A DNA stretch of 64,000 nucleotides from Promethearchaeia archaeon (GCA_046483985.1 JAWOCD010000039.1:32001-96000), one strand, 5' to 3'; shown: positions 1 through 10,893, counted from the stretch's first letter. Notes: generated from the letters alone by a model not told the origin. Made by a program: numbers and translations.

Positions 1-289
1 TGGGAGTTAAGCCAGTTCCCCCACTAAACAAGACTACATCAAGCTCTCTGCTACTAACTTGCTTAAGTATATCCTTTAGCTTTTTTACATTATCTGGGAT
101 AATTTTAGTATATGTTAGAGAGATGTCATGTTTTTTAGCAAGAATTTGCCTTAAAATTGGGATTGTTTTATCTGACGATTCTTTTTGATCTTGAATTTCA
201 TTATATCGGCTCGTGCTCACGACGACTAATCCCAAATTAATACTTTTTAACTTTTTTGCATCCGATTTATGCTTTTTATGCGGTTCCAT
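1..289 (-). CDS. moaB: Molybdenum cofactor biosynthesis protein MoaB/MogA (partial, runs off the left edge)
   Basis: Manual translation from ATG at 289: MEPHKKHKSDAKK..LVVVSTSRY..SDKT..IIPDN..DVVLFSGGTGLTP. GGTG motif of MoaB/MogA; co-oriented with moeA. Not in the ORF track. Confidence 0.88.
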   Translation of the reverse strand, partial: MEPHKKHKSDAKKLKSINLGLVVVSTSRYNEIQDQKESSDKTIPILRQILAKKHDISLTYTKIIPDNVKKLKDILKQVSSRELDVVLFSGGTGLTP

Positions 290-315
290 TTTTTCTTCTC
301 TTTTGTATATTTTTT

Positions 316-1542
316 TTAATAAGTATAAAATTTCTTTTTATCTCCTTTTTCTACAATCTCTTCTAATTCTACAATTTCAATATAACCGTCAGAATGGAAG
401 AGAGTGCTGATTGCTTCCGAACCCGTTTTAATTGGGAAGATTTTCCTACTCCCACCAACTTCCTTTATTTGAACGGGTTTAAAATGATGCCGTCCCACTG
501 GACTGTATATTCGCTCTCCCAATTCTAATTTCTCGGAAAACTTAGTTCTTAAGGGCTTCCCGCTCAATTTGCGTAAAAAATCATCAATAAAAATATAAAA
601 GCAACTCAGCGCAGATGTTGGATATCCTGGTAGAATAAAAATATACTTTTCTTTTAATTTCACAAAAATGAGGGGTTTTCCGGGTTTAATTTTGACACCA
701 TGTACCTGTACTTCAATATTCTCGAAGGTATTAAGAACTCTAACGCCAAGATCACCTTCGCCTTTGGATGTCCCTCCAGATAATATCACAATATCGCTTC
801 TTTCTAACCCCTCATTGATTTTTTTTTGTAAATTCCTAAAATTATCTTTTACTATCCCCAAAAATACAACTGATGCTCCTGTATTCTTGATGGCTTGCTT
901 TAAAACAACCGAATTGATATCATAAATCTTTCCTTTCTCCAAATGTTTCACATCATGTGTCACTAATTCGGATCCCGTACTCAACAAGCTAATACTTGGT
1001 TTTTTAAAGACATCAAGTTCAGTTATACCACACCCCGAAAATACTCCCATTGTCGGAAGATCAATAAATTTTCCTTTTTTTAGTATTGTTTCGCCCTTTT
1101 TGATATCATGACCTATTTCTACTATATGTGTGCCTGGAGTGACTGCTTTCGAGATAAGAACTTCATCATCTTGCTTTTCTGTAAATTCTACCATTACGAC
1201 GCTATCAGATCCTTTTGGGATGGCGGCACCAGTAGCAACATAAGCACATTGTCCATGTTCCAATTCTCTAGTTGGTTTATCTCCTGCTTCGATCTTTTCA
1301 ACACGTTTTAAGGGAATTAGATTATCTTCTTCAGCGCCGAAAGTATCCTCAGCAATTACAGCATATCCATCCATTCGAGATTTTCGAAAATGAGGAACAT
1401 TAATAGGGCTTGTCATCTCTTCGGCAACGACTCTATTGAAACTTTTTTCTAAGGGGATCTTCTCTGATTGTAAGGCTGCTTTGGAATATTTGTCTAAAAT
1501 TTCTCTAAATTCATTTACTTTAAGTGTCTTTAAGAACTTCAT
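316..1542 (-). CDS. moeA: Molybdopterin molybdotransferase MoeA
   Basis: SRMDGYAV, VATGAAIP, LSTGSEL, SGGTSKG, IKPGKP, LPGYPTS motifs. Confidence 0.95.
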   Translation of the reverse strand: MKFLKTLKVNEFREILDKYSKAALQSEKIPLEKSFNRVVAEEMTSPINVPHFRKSRMDGYAVIAEDTFGAEEDNLIPLKRVEKIEAGDKPTRELEHGQCAYVATGAAIPKGSDSVVMVEFTEKQDDEVLISKAVTPGTHIVEIGHDIKKGETILKKGKFIDLPTMGVFSGCGITELDVFKKPSISLLSTGSELVTHDVKHLEKGKIYDINSVVLKQAIKNTGASVVFLGIVKDNFRNLQKKINEGLERSDIVILSGGTSKGEGDLGVRVLNTFENIEVQVHGVKIKPGKPLIFVKLKEKYIFILPGYPTSALSCFYIFIDDFLRKLSGKPLRTKFSEKLELGERIYSPVGRHHFKPVQIKEVGGSRKIFPIKTGSEAISTLFHSDGYIEIVELEEIVEKGDKKKFYTY

Positions 1543-1611
1543 TTCATTCTTTTACAGTTAGTATATAGATCATTTAATATATTAGTCAATTAAAAGTTTG
1601 AATTCACATTC

Positions 1612-2073
1612 TCAATGTATCCATTTGGAAGTTCCATCCTTGAACACTTCCTTTTTCCAGACTTCTATGTCCTTCTTATATTTTTCAATCGTATCTGAAA
1701 GTGTTTTGAGCCCTTCTTGTCGATGTGCTGATGCTACAACTACGTGTACTAGCTCTTCTGATAAGGTAAATGTTCCTTTGAAATGAATCACCCTCACATC
1801 GATTATCCCTTCTCTTTGTTTCATCTCTTTGCATATTCGAGCGATGCTTTTATTGGCCATTTTCTCATATGCATCGATTTCCATCCTGGTTACTTCCTTT
1901 CCATTTAAGGATGAGTTACGAACGATACCTGAAAAAGAAAAGAGAGCTCCTGCATCGCCAATATTATGATTTTCTTTTATACTTCTTATGATTTCGTCTA
2001 ATTTAACGGTATTTTTCTCATAAACCCCCGATTTTATGATGTGGTCCGTCTTGCTTTTCTCCTTTTTTGACAT
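1612..2073 (-). CDS. moaE: Molybdopterin synthase catalytic subunit MoaE
   Basis: GALFSFSGIVRN, ASAHRQEG, WKKEVFKDGTSKW motifs; operon context. Confidence 0.93.
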   Translation of the reverse strand: MSKKEKSKTDHIIKSGVYEKNTVKLDEIIRSIKENHNIGDAGALFSFSGIVRNSSLNGKEVTRMEIDAYEKMANKSIARICKEMKQREGIIDVRVIHFKGTFTLSEELVHVVVASAHRQEGLKTLSDTIEKYKKDIEVWKKEVFKDGTSKWIH

Positions 2074-2075
2074 TT

Positions 2076-2357
2076 TTATCCCCCAGAGATAGGAAGTAAA
2101 AAGGCTATTTTATCTCCCTTGTCTAATTTATGGGATAAGATATCATTCTCTCTGAGCCTTTTATCATTTATAACGATAGAAATTGAGGGTTTAAATCCAT
2201 TTTTTTCTGAAGACCAGAGATGTTTTTTAAGCCCGCTATATTTTTGGAAGAGAATATCCTTTAACTCGGTGATCGAGAATTGTTCAAGTCTGATTTTTTC
2301 ACTTTTCTTATGGGTTATTTCTTTTAAATCAGCAAAATATAAGACTTCCACGGACAT
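2076..2357 (-). CDS. moaD: Molybdopterin synthase sulfur carrier MoaD (ubiquitin-like)
   Basis: VLYFADLKE N-terminus, C-terminal PISGG di-glycine, adjacent to moaE. Confidence 0.92.
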   Translation of the reverse strand: MSVEVLYFADLKEITHKKSEKIRLEQFSITELKDILFQKYSGLKKHLWSSEKNGFKPSISIVINDKRLRENDILSHKLDKGDKIAFLLPISGG

Positions 2358-2385
2358 TTTTTATTTATTTGTCAATTAATTAAAA

Positions 2386-3309
2386 TTAATAATAAGGTTC
2401 TCTCGAATCTACAACTTCTTGTATTATATTTCGAAATTTCGAAAGCTGACAATGGTTATGCAATTCTTCCTTAACATTTTTCCCCAAATCACTTCGAAAC
2501 AAACACCCAAATATATTTCCATCGCATCCCACTCGCAACTTAGTACACCCCATGCAAAATTTATGACTTGGTACAACCGTTTCAATTATTGCCCCATTTT
2601 GCATTACAAACACTTTTCTATTTTGCATATTCCCTCTGATAAGAGTTCCCATAGATCTTGATTCCAAATCGTTAATGATAGGTCCTACATCCTTATGATA
2701 TTTATCGTAAAATTTCCCATTATTTTTCTCCAAATCCTCAGATTCTTTATGTAGTTCGATTAATTGTAGAATATAATCGTGCTTTCCGCAAAAATCGATC
2801 ATATCTTCGAACTCATTATTATTTATTCCTTGCATGATTACGTAGTTAATTTTAATGGGAGTTAAGTCTGCTTGTTTTGCTGCTTTCAAGCCTTCTAAGA
2901 CTTGATTGAGACCATCAACACCTGTGATCTCTTTATATATTTCAGGTTTTAAGGAGCATAGGGAAACATTTATTCTGTCTAAGCCTGCTTCTGCTAATTC
3001 TTGTGCCATTTTGCCTAATTTATAGCCATTACTTGTAAGAGATATATCATCATATAATCCTAAATCATTGATATTTTGAATTATTTGAATTATTTCGTCC
3101 CTGTATAAAGGTTCCCCTCCTGTTAATTTAATTCGTGTTACATTTAAAATCTCTGCCAGCATACGACATAATTTAGTAATTTCATTCACTGTTAACAGTT
3201 TTTTTTTCGGAGAAAAACCTTCGCTATCGCAATAAATACAATTATATGTGCATTCTGCAGTAACAGAAAGCCTAATATGCTTAATTTCCCTATCGCATTT
3301 ATCCTTCAT
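2386..3309 (-). CDS. moaA: GTP 3',8-cyclase MoaA (radical SAM)
   Basis: CTYNCIYC radical-SAM motif, LTGGEP, second cluster FCMGCTKLR..GCL, archaeal-type REPYY end. Confidence 0.95.
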   Translation of the reverse strand: MKDKCDREIKHIRLSVTAECTYNCIYCDSEGFSPKKKLLTVNEITKLCRMLAEILNVTRIKLTGGEPLYRDEIIQIIQNINDLGLYDDISLTSNGYKLGKMAQELAEAGLDRINVSLCSLKPEIYKEITGVDGLNQVLEGLKAAKQADLTPIKINYVIMQGINNNEFEDMIDFCGKHDYILQLIELHKESEDLEKNNGKFYDKYHKDVGPIINDLESRSMGTLIRGNMQNRKVFVMQNGAIIETVVPSHKFCMGCTKLRVGCDGNIFGCLFRSDLGKNVKEELHNHCQLSKFRNIIQEVVDSREPYY

Positions 3310-3315
3310 TTTTTC

Positions 3316-3750
3316 TTATTTATTTGGTTTTTTAATCTTTTTGTCTACTTTTATTTCAGATATTTTTGCATTGGGATATTGACCGTGTTCATCTTTCTCG
3401 TACATTTTCACTACATCCCAGATATTAAGGAGTGCTGTGCTGACTCCGGTAAGTGCTTCCATTTCAACGCCTGTTTTGGCAAAACTCTTTACGGTGCACA
3501 TCACCTTAATAAAGCCTTGAGAAACTTCGAAGCCAAAATCGACACTATTAATCCCAATGGGATGACAAAGGGGAATGAGATCAGGGACCTTCTTAACAGC
3601 ATTAGTCCCAGCAATCCTTGCTATTGTGAGTACATCACCCTTCTCCACACGGTCCTCCCTAACACGCTTTATTGTTGCACTTTTTAAGAAAACTTTTCCA
3701 GAAGCCGTTGCAATACGAAGAATTACATTTTTATTTGAGATATCTATCAA
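3316..3750 (-). CDS. moaC: Cyclic pyranopterin monophosphate synthase MoaC
   Basis: MIDISNK, KGDVL, LIPLCHPI, TGVEMEALT, WDVVK motifs. Confidence 0.95.
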   Translation of the reverse strand: MIDISNKNVILRIATASGKVFLKSATIKRVREDRVEKGDVLTIARIAGTNAVKKVPDLIPLCHPIGINSVDFGFEVSQGFIKVMCTVKSFAKTGVEMEALTGVSTALLNIWDVVKMYEKDEHGQYPNAKISEIKVDKKIKKPNK

Positions 3751-3942
3751 TAATTATTCCCTTTTTCATGTAGGTTTTAAAATCTTTAATAAAAACAAAC
3801 ATAAAAATTTAATTCGTATCGTTTGTTTTTTTGATACATAACGCTATATGGATAATATTTAATTTCTAATAAAAAATTTCGTTTGTTATTTTAAAATATA
3901 AAAAAACGTTCCACAATATTTCACCTAAAAATAAGCTGATGT

Positions 3943-5010
3943 CTATAATTGTTTCTTGATAGACACAGCAGTTGCTTTAAAAGATGCGTAAATTTTATCA
4001 TCTTTTTGAATTCCCAAGTCAGTTTTTGCATTATGCGTGATATATGCATTTAATCCGTTCTTTAGAGAAATTTGGACTAATTCTTTACTGACCACCAGAA
4101 CTTCCGAGACCTTGCTTTTGACGTGATTTCGCAAGCTGCTTTTGAACTTTTGCTTGGATAAGATAATATTTTCAGGTCTGATAAAAATTTTAACCTTGCC
4201 CGAGGAATACTCTGATAATCCCCACACTTTGAAGTGGTCAGTTTTTATTTTCGTATATCCATTTTTATTGCTAAGTATTTCTCCTTCAATTATATTTTCT
4301 ATTCCTACAAATTTTGCTGCCTTTGTACTATTGGGGGCATTAAATATTTGTTCTGGGGTTCCAGTATCAATTATCTCCCCATCCATTAGTAAGGAGAGTC
4401 TATCACTAAGCATAGCCTCATCTTGATTATGGGTAACCTCTAAAATTGTCAAGTCATGATCTTTATGAATTTCTTGGACAACTTTCATTGCTTCTTTTTT
4501 GGATACGGGATCTAATGCACTAAATGGTTCATCTAACAAAAGAATAGGGGGTTCAAGAATAATTGCTCTTGCCAAGGCAACTTTTTGCTGTTCCCCACCA
4601 GATAATGTTATTGGATTCCTGTTTAATAAATGTTCTATCTTTAGTTTCTTCACTATTTCATCTAGTTTCTTTTGTTTGGTACGTTCATCCATTCTCTGCA
4701 TATTCAATCCAAATTTAATGTTTTCTTCTACATTCAAATGCGGAAATAGCGAGTAGTCTTGATACACAAAGCCTATGTCTCTTTTATTTGGGGGAATGTT
4801 AACCATATTTTTTTGATTAATGTATATTTTTCCCTTATCAATCTTGTGAAAACCAGCAATAAGTTCAAGTATTAGTGTCTTTCCGGCTCCTGTAGGCCCT
4901 AATAACATATAGTATTCTCTTTCTTTAATTTTGAGATTTATATCCTTAATTTGGAAGTTTCCAAAATCAGCGTGAAGATTCTCTACCTCAATCACAGCTT
5001 TCTTAGACAC
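3943..5010 (-). CDS. wtpC: Tungstate/molybdate ABC transporter ATPase with TOBE domain
   Basis: GPTGAGKT, LSGGEQQ, LLLDEPF, C-terminal FKATAV TOBE. ORF track starts at 5031; GTG at 5010 preceded by GGTGA is the more likely start. Confidence 0.88.
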   Translation of the reverse strand: MSKKAVIEVENLHADFGNFQIKDINLKIKEREYYMLLGPTGAGKTLILELIAGFHKIDKGKIYINQKNMVNIPPNKRDIGFVYQDYSLFPHLNVEENIKFGLNMQRMDERTKQKKLDEIVKKLKIEHLLNRNPITLSGGEQQKVALARAIILEPPILLLDEPFSALDPVSKKEAMKVVQEIHKDHDLTILEVTHNQDEAMLSDRLSLLMDGEIIDTGTPEQIFNAPNSTKAAKFVGIENIIEGEILSNKNGYTKIKTDHFKVWGLSEYSSGKVKIFIRPENIILSKQKFKSSLRNHVKSKVSEVLVVSKELVQISLKNGLNAYITHNAKTDLGIQKDDKIYASFKATAVSIKKQL

Positions 5011-5860
5011 TATATTCACCAATGGCTCCAAATCGAGGTTGATTTTTTAATAGATATAACATAAGAAATATTGCTAAACTCATTAAAATTAAAATTAATG
5101 CAATTGGACCAGAACCTGCTAAACCGGTAGTATTGAATCGATAATACACTAAGACAGGAGCTATCATTGGGTAATATGCGATTAAAATTACTGCTCCGAA
5201 TTCACTAATACCTCTTGCCCAGCACATAACGGATCCCGTGAAGATTTGCCGTGCTGTTAAAGGAAGCATTATTTGAGTGAAAACTTGTCTTTCATTAGCT
5301 CCCAGACTTGCTGCAACATTTTCATAATGTGGATTGATGCTGGCAAATCCATCCTTCACATTATTAATGAAAATCGGCATACTTACAAATAGCAACGCAA
5401 CTATAATTCCAAATATGCTGTCTTCAAAAACAATACCTATATTTTTCATTGGAGCTCCGATTATCCCCGATCTGTAAAAAATGGTATAAATTAACAATCC
5501 CGCAACACTATGAGGTATCATTAGGGGAATATTCAATATTGATTCTATAAGTGTCTTTCCCCGAAAATCATATTTTGCCAATATATATGCTAGCGGTACT
5601 CCAAAAATTATTGCTAAGAGGGTAGAGATAAAAGACGCATAAAATGTTAATAGTATTGTTTTAATAACATACCATTCGGTTAATACCGAAATAAAGTTTG
5701 AAAAATTTAAAACGAGCTGTTTAACAAACAAGTCCATAATTGTTAAAACAACTAGTAACAATAATACTGAACCTAAAATACAAAATAAAAAGAAAAAAGA
5801 GTTTTGTCGGAGAAAATCCTTCAATCTGATGATTTTGCTCTTTTTTTTCTGAGTTAACAT
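5003..5860 (-). CDS. wtpB: Tungstate/molybdate ABC transporter permease
   Basis: PLAYILA, PHSVAG, EAA-like YENVAASLGA, WARGISEFGAV. Probable start ATG 5860 (track 5932 overlaps wtpA). Confidence 0.88.
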   Translation of the reverse strand: MLTQKKKSKIIRLKDFLRQNSFFFLFCILGSVLLLLVVLTIMDLFVKQLVLNFSNFISVLTEWYVIKTILLTFYASFISTLLAIIFGVPLAYILAKYDFRGKTLIESILNIPLMIPHSVAGLLIYTIFYRSGIIGAPMKNIGIVFEDSIFGIIVALLFVSMPIFINNVKDGFASINPHYENVAASLGANERQVFTQIMLPLTARQIFTGSVMCWARGISEFGAVILIAYYPMIAPVLVYYRFNTTGLAGSGPIALILILMSLAIFLMLYLLKNQPRFGAIGEYSV

Positions 5861-5885
5861 TTTTTTAACACTCTCAATTATCCAA

Positions 5886-6917
5886 TTAAACTTGAGCGCA
5901 ATACTCTTTAAGTCGTTCGGGAATTGCATCAAGGTTATTTGTTGGACACGGAGTAATAGGAGGTTGTCCCAATCTCTCGAAAATATCTTGTCCTGTTTTA
6001 TTGATCACATATTCTACGAAAAGGGTGGCGAGTTCTACGTGTTCCGCATTTATAGGGATGGTTATTCCATAATTAATTGCTTTTCCAGTGCTGTCACCCG
6101 AAGTCTTCGCAACAGTTACCTTTTCATATTTGCTGTCATATGCGGAATCGCTTAAGTCCATACTTTCATTTAAGGTAATATAGTTTAAATCATGTTGCTC
6201 GGCAATCGATAAATAATTAAATGCATAATCCAAATCACCGTCCTTTAACAACGTAACTAAATCTACTTCTTTCTCTCTAATTTTAAGATTGCTTCCATCT
6301 TTGACTCCTAAGTCTTCAGGAGTAGTAATTGTATATTCTCCACTATCCTCAGATACCTCTATATCTGAAGTATCAATAACCAAATCATCCAAAATATCAC
6401 TTACATTAAAATGAATCTCTGCTAATTGAAGTACCATTAATGAGCGATATCCACACGGATCCAAATTGGGATCTGAAAACCCCCAATTACAATCCGACTT
6501 TTTTAGATGGGTATAGAAGTTGGTTTCGTTGAAATTTTCATATTTACTATCTCCATCATATGCAATTACCATTTGATTTTTTGCAAATTTAATATAATAA
6601 TCTTGATATTGATCATCCATGTCGGGGATTAAAGAATAATCCGCAACCCCTAAGACATCAGCAATTTGGTTAGATTCCGTGATTTTAGTTACACTTTGGA
6701 CGCTTCCTGCTGATTCTAATTGGATATCTATATCTGGATAATCTTTTTCAAATTCTGCTTCGACCTCCTCAAAGGGGATCGTTAAACTCCCCGCATGAAA
6801 TATTGTCAGACTTCTTTTTGCGGTGAAGAGATCAAATAAGAAAAAACCACCAACAATAGTTCCCGCTATAACACCTACAAGAATTCCATATTTGTATTTT
6901 TTTTCCATATTTATCAT
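5886..6917 (-). CDS. wtpA: Tungstate/molybdate ABC transporter substrate-binding protein
   Basis: IFHAGSLTIPF, SAGSV, ADYSLI, SDPNLDPCGYRS, YGITIP motifs; N-terminal anchor. Start 6917 or 6908. Confidence 0.92.
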   Translation of the reverse strand: MINMEKKYKYGILVGVIAGTIVGGFFLFDLFTAKRSLTIFHAGSLTIPFEEVEAEFEKDYPDIDIQLESAGSVQSVTKITESNQIADVLGVADYSLIPDMDDQYQDYYIKFAKNQMVIAYDGDSKYENFNETNFYTHLKKSDCNWGFSDPNLDPCGYRSLMVLQLAEIHFNVSDILDDLVIDTSDIEVSEDSGEYTITTPEDLGVKDGSNLKIREKEVDLVTLLKDGDLDYAFNYLSIAEQHDLNYITLNESMDLSDSAYDSKYEKVTVAKTSGDSTGKAINYGITIPINAEHVELATLFVEYVINKTGQDIFERLGQPPITPCPTNNLDAIPERLKEYCAQV

Positions 6918-6926
6918 TTTAATTCC

Positions 6927-6948
6927 GATATGAATACTTATACATATC
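6927..6948. promoter_or_regulatory. Imperfect 22-bp palindrome just upstream of wtpA, candidate Mo/W-responsive operator
   Basis: GATATGAATA-CT-TATACATATC (10-bp arms, 1 mismatch), 10 bp from the wtpA ATG at 6917. Confidence 0.4.
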
Positions 6949-7087
6949 ATATATAATTTTTAAAATTTTCCCTCTCAGTTACAATCAGCTAAAATTCACC
7001 TTAATTTTTTTATTAGAATTACTATATTCAATTGAACATCCTTTGCTTAAAATTTAAATATCTAAATTTCTTTTATTTGTATGAATT

Positions 7088-7552
7088 ATGCCGTTTAAAA
7101 AATCCCGCTATGAGAGTCTAAAGATTTTGGGATTAGATCGTAGTGCATCTGACGAGGAAATAAAACTTGCATACCGTCGACTCGCAAAAAAATACCATCC
7201 CGATTTAAACAAAGAGGATCCGAAAACCGAAGGGAAATTTAAGAAAGTCCAAAATGCCTACGATTCCTTGAAGGATTCTTCTGGCAAGAGTATACCTGTT
7301 AAAATCAAAACCACCTCAGAGAAAAGTCCTTTCAGCGAATTCGAAAAAAATTTTTCTGACTTTGATAAATTTTTTGACTCCATATTTCAAGGCTTTAGAA
7401 GCCCTTTCCAGGAACCTTCTCCGTTTGTGGACATAGAAGCTGAATTAAAACGCCGAAAAGATCAGACGGTAGATCGGATATCTGGTGCTTTTACCCGTAT
7501 AGAACGTGATTTCAAGAAAATGATGGATCGATTCTTTAGAGGTTCTTTCTAA
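7088..7552 (+). CDS. Small J-domain (DnaJ-like) protein
   Basis: [32 protein letters not shown]-domain; no zinc finger. Confidence 0.9.
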   Translation: MPFKKSRYESLKILGLDRSASDEEIKLAYRRLAKKYHPDLNKEDPKTEGKFKKVQNAYDSLKDSSGKSIPVKIKTTSEKSPFSEFEKNFSDFDKFFDSIFQGFRSPFQEPSPFVDIEAELKRRKDQTVDRISGAFTRIERDFKKMMDRFFRGSF

Positions 7553-7616
7553 TCCTTTTTGGGACACAGAAATCCTATTTTACCATTTTTAAAATCTTTC
7601 AATCCTTCTTTTTTAT

Positions 7617-7655
7617 CAAAAAAGTAAAAGAAAACTCATCCTTTAGGATGGAGAT
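7617..7655 (+). mobile_element. IS200/IS605 left-end relic (hairpin only)
   Basis: TTTAT|CAAAAAAGTAAAAGAAAACTCATCCTTTAGGATGGAGAT, near-identical to the element start at 40176. Confidence 0.7.
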
Positions 7656-7704
7656 TCTTTAGATAAGATATTTGTAAAGATAATCATATTATTATATTAT
7701 AATT

Positions 7705-8493
7705 ATGCCGAAAAATGTTTTAGCCATTGGACCCCATGCCGATGATCTCACTATTTGGGCAGGTGGGTTTCTCAAAAAATTAACTTCTGAAGGAAACAAA
7801 CTGATATGTGTTCGAATCACGAATGATTACGGAGATTGCAAGGGAAAGACCCCTGACGAAGCTATTAAATTAAATCGAATAGAAGCGGAAAAGGCATACG
7901 AAGTACTCGGAGCATTTAAAACTATTCATCTTAATTACCCTACAGATACGCTTGTAAGCGTTGATTATTTGAAACTAAGAGGGAAGTTAGTCTATTTAAT
8001 ACGGAAATATCGCCCAGACATCGTTGTTTCGTTTGATATGAACTATGGGATTAATGAAGAGAATATGGACCATATTATAACTGGAAGGGCCGTGAATGAG
8101 GCCTGTTGGCAAGCAGCCGTTGAAAACTTTTATCCGGATCACTTAGAAGAAGGCTTGGATATTCATTACGTGGGCGAACGCTATCTATTTGCCAGAAATC
8201 CAACTGTGGTCAATTACAAGGTTGATATTTCAAACTATATAAGAGACAAAATAAAAGCTATTTCGCAACATAAAACCGTTTTGGAAAACTTCTTTTTCCA
8301 ATACAAATTAATTGCGAGAGCCAATGGGCTCAAAATCGATCTGTTAGAGGATGAGAGCATTTCGAATGAAACCAGAGTTAAACTTTTTGTACGCTCAGTC
8401 TTTGGAAAAGTAGGAGGGGAATTCGGAGCAAAATATGGAGAAGTGTTCAATAGAATTGGGGCTGGCATTTTAGAAGAATTTGCCTCAGATTAA
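7705..8493 (+). CDS. PIG-L/LmbE family deacetylase
   Basis: GPHADD metal motif, RxxEA, MDH, VDIS..K..AI..HKT. Confidence 0.85.
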   Translation: MPKNVLAIGPHADDLTIWAGGFLKKLTSEGNKLICVRITNDYGDCKGKTPDEAIKLNRIEAEKAYEVLGAFKTIHLNYPTDTLVSVDYLKLRGKLVYLIRKYRPDIVVSFDMNYGINEENMDHIITGRAVNEACWQAAVENFYPDHLEEGLDIHYVGERYLFARNPTVVNYKVDISNYIRDKIKAISQHKTVLENFFFQYKLIARANGLKIDLLEDESISNETRVKLFVRSVFGKVGGEFGAKYGEVFNRIGAGILEEFASD

Positions 8494-9719
8494 ATTAAAA
8501 TCATTGCTAAGATGTCAACTAGGGCTTTTGCCAATATCCATTGATAGAGAGAATATTTTTGTAATCCTGAATTAATTTCGTCTCCGTATATCTCCCAGAT
8601 CTCCCGATATACTTTGCTTCTATTCGTGCTTCTACTCCATAAAGGATTATATATTGCTAAAGTCTCCTTTTTTTGGAAAACTTTTCTTAAATCTTCTAAG
8701 CTAGCAACTTTCTCTTTTATGAGTGTAGATGCAGCCCCTATCATGTTTCTAAAATGAGCGTCAGAACCACCTACCTTCGCAATTTCCCGTGCCACGGGAA
8801 AATCAAAATATTTACCATAATTATTTTCTTGGCTCACCACGGTGGCCATCCAGTTAAAATAGCCAAAGTTGGAGCGGATTACATTTATCTCTTTTGGAAA
8901 AGGTAATTGATTGAAAAAGCCTTCATAAGATTTATCCGCCATAAACCCTACAGTATAATTTATTGTTTCCACGGCGTCTGGGCAAGAATATCGATTATAT
9001 TTACGATTTGCTAAGATCTGGTGAGCCTTTACCATATAAAAAGGATGAGGTACAATAACTAGACCATTTTCATCGTGAACTTTCTCGATAAATTCTTGTG
9101 TGTAGGAATTGGCAATCTTTTTTAATCCCCCGTAATCCTCTATAAAATTTCGGGGGAGTCCAAGAGCAATTATCTCCACAATATCGTTTGGATGTTCTTC
9201 ACTTAATCTCATGAAGAATTCACAACTTCCTGGAAAGCTGATAAAATGTTCCGGGAGATGCCCGTTATTCTTGAAATCTTCTGCTAATTCGTGGAATTTA
9301 TAACTCCGCTTTAATACTTTTTCGTCCAAAAATCTCTTTTTTCCGTCCTTTCCTATATGAAAAGGATGATCTGTAATGGCCATTCCATCCAGATGCTCTT
9401 TCCGGGCAATATCTGATAAAATTTCCTTATATGTAACGGCTCCATCGGAATACTGGGAATGCATATGAAAATCATAGAGAAAGGCATTCTCCGGAATAAT
9501 TGAGGGTTTATAGGGAAAAAGATAATTCGGAAATTTTTTTCTCGTTTTATGGTAAGTAACTAACTGCATTAATCCGTACTTTGAAAATAGCCGATCATAA
9601 ATGAAGTTTAATACCGGGTTTTGGTGGATAATCGGAACTTTTACCAAATTTTCGGGGGGGATTCTAGAACCCGATAAATGAAAGCGTGTTTTCTGTTTGA
9701 ATTTTTTATCAATCTTCAT
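8490..9719 (-). CDS. PHP-domain metal-dependent phosphoesterase
   Basis: DFHMHSQYSDG, ITDH, VPHPF, GGSDAH motifs. Confidence 0.85.
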   Translation of the reverse strand: MKIDKKFKQKTRFHLSGSRIPPENLVKVPIIHQNPVLNFIYDRLFSKYGLMQLVTYHKTRKKFPNYLFPYKPSIIPENAFLYDFHMHSQYSDGAVTYKEILSDIARKEHLDGMAITDHPFHIGKDGKKRFLDEKVLKRSYKFHELAEDFKNNGHLPEHFISFPGSCEFFMRLSEEHPNDIVEIIALGLPRNFIEDYGGLKKIANSYTQEFIEKVHDENGLVIVPHPFYMVKAHQILANRKYNRYSCPDAVETINYTVGFMADKSYEGFFNQLPFPKEINVIRSNFGYFNWMATVVSQENNYGKYFDFPVAREIAKVGGSDAHFRNMIGAASTLIKEKVASLEDLRKVFQKKETLAIYNPLWSRSTNRSKVYREIWEIYGDEINSGLQKYSLYQWILAKALVDILAMILI

Positions 9720-9964
9720 TTTATCTTATAATGAACTTGTGCTATGATCTATTCATAATTTTCAATCTTAAATTATTTTTAGGTCTAAAAAAATACTAAC
9801 TAAAAATAGTTAGAAATAAAAAAAAGGAATTGTAAATTAAATTCAATTATCCTTCGCGTTTTAACTTTGTCTTTAATGTTTGATGGAATGGCTGAAAAGG
9901 ACTAGTAAATGAAAAATGATCAAAGAAGTTGGAGGAAAAGCATAATTAGTAAAAATGACCAAAG

Positions 9965-10723
9965 GTGTTGAGCAATATTAAAGCAATTATACTTTGTGCT
10001 GGTTATGGCACCCGGATGGAGCCGTATACGCATACATATCAAAAGACCATGATTCCGCTTCATGGAAAACCGTTATTAGAATACATTATTGATGGCATTA
10101 AATATGCAGGGATAACAAGCTTTATTTTGGTTGTTGGTTATAAAAAAGAACAAATTATAGAGTATTTTGGAGATGGATCTTCAAAGAATCTTTCAATTGA
10201 ATATGTAGAGCAGAAAAATTTAAATGGAACTGGTGGAGCGGTGATGCTCTGTGAAGATTTAATCAGGGAAGACCATTTTTTTCTTACATGGGGGGACATT
10301 CTTGTCTCTTATGACGTTTATAAGCAAGTCTATGAAACTTATAAACAAGAGAACGTAAATTTTATTCTCACCACCAACTATTTGGAGGATATATCTAAGG
10401 GATGTGCTATCTATTGTGAGGGGGATTATTGCATTGAAATGATTGAAAAACCCGACCCCGAGCAACAGAGCACAAATCTCAGTAACTGCGGTATCTTCAT
10501 TCTTTCCACCGAAATCTTTAAGGAACTAAAAAAGTTAAAACCTTCAGACCGTGGAGAATTAGAATTACCCGTGGCTCTCAGGAAGGGAATCAAAGAACGC
10601 AATTGGAGAGTAAGAATTATTAGATTAAAAAAGGGAGAATTTCGGGGGGATTTTGGCGATAAAGCGGAATATGAAAGACTTAGAGACAGTTCTTATTGGT
10701 TGCGGTTACTAAAGGAGGAATGA
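9965..10723 (+). CDS. Sugar-phosphate nucleotidyltransferase
   Basis: AIILCAGYGTRM.P.T...K, GTGGA, WGD, EKP motifs. Confidence 0.88.
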   Translation: MLSNIKAIILCAGYGTRMEPYTHTYQKTMIPLHGKPLLEYIIDGIKYAGITSFILVVGYKKEQIIEYFGDGSSKNLSIEYVEQKNLNGTGGAVMLCEDLIREDHFFLTWGDILVSYDVYKQVYETYKQENVNFILTTNYLEDISKGCAIYCEGDYCIEMIEKPDPEQQSTNLSNCGIFILSTEIFKELKKLKPSDRGELELPVALRKGIKERNWRVRIIRLKKGEFRGDFGDKAEYERLRDSSYWLRLLKEE

Positions 10724-10893
10724 ATTACTTTTACCTCCACATTTCATTCTTATTGTCTTCGAGATTTCTTATTTTATTTTTGAGTATAAAAAAGTTCCAT
10801 TTTGCTATCTAAATAAATAAAAATTAAATAATGAGTTGGAGAATTTAATATTAATAGCAATTTAATCTATATATTTCTAAAAATTTCAAAACA

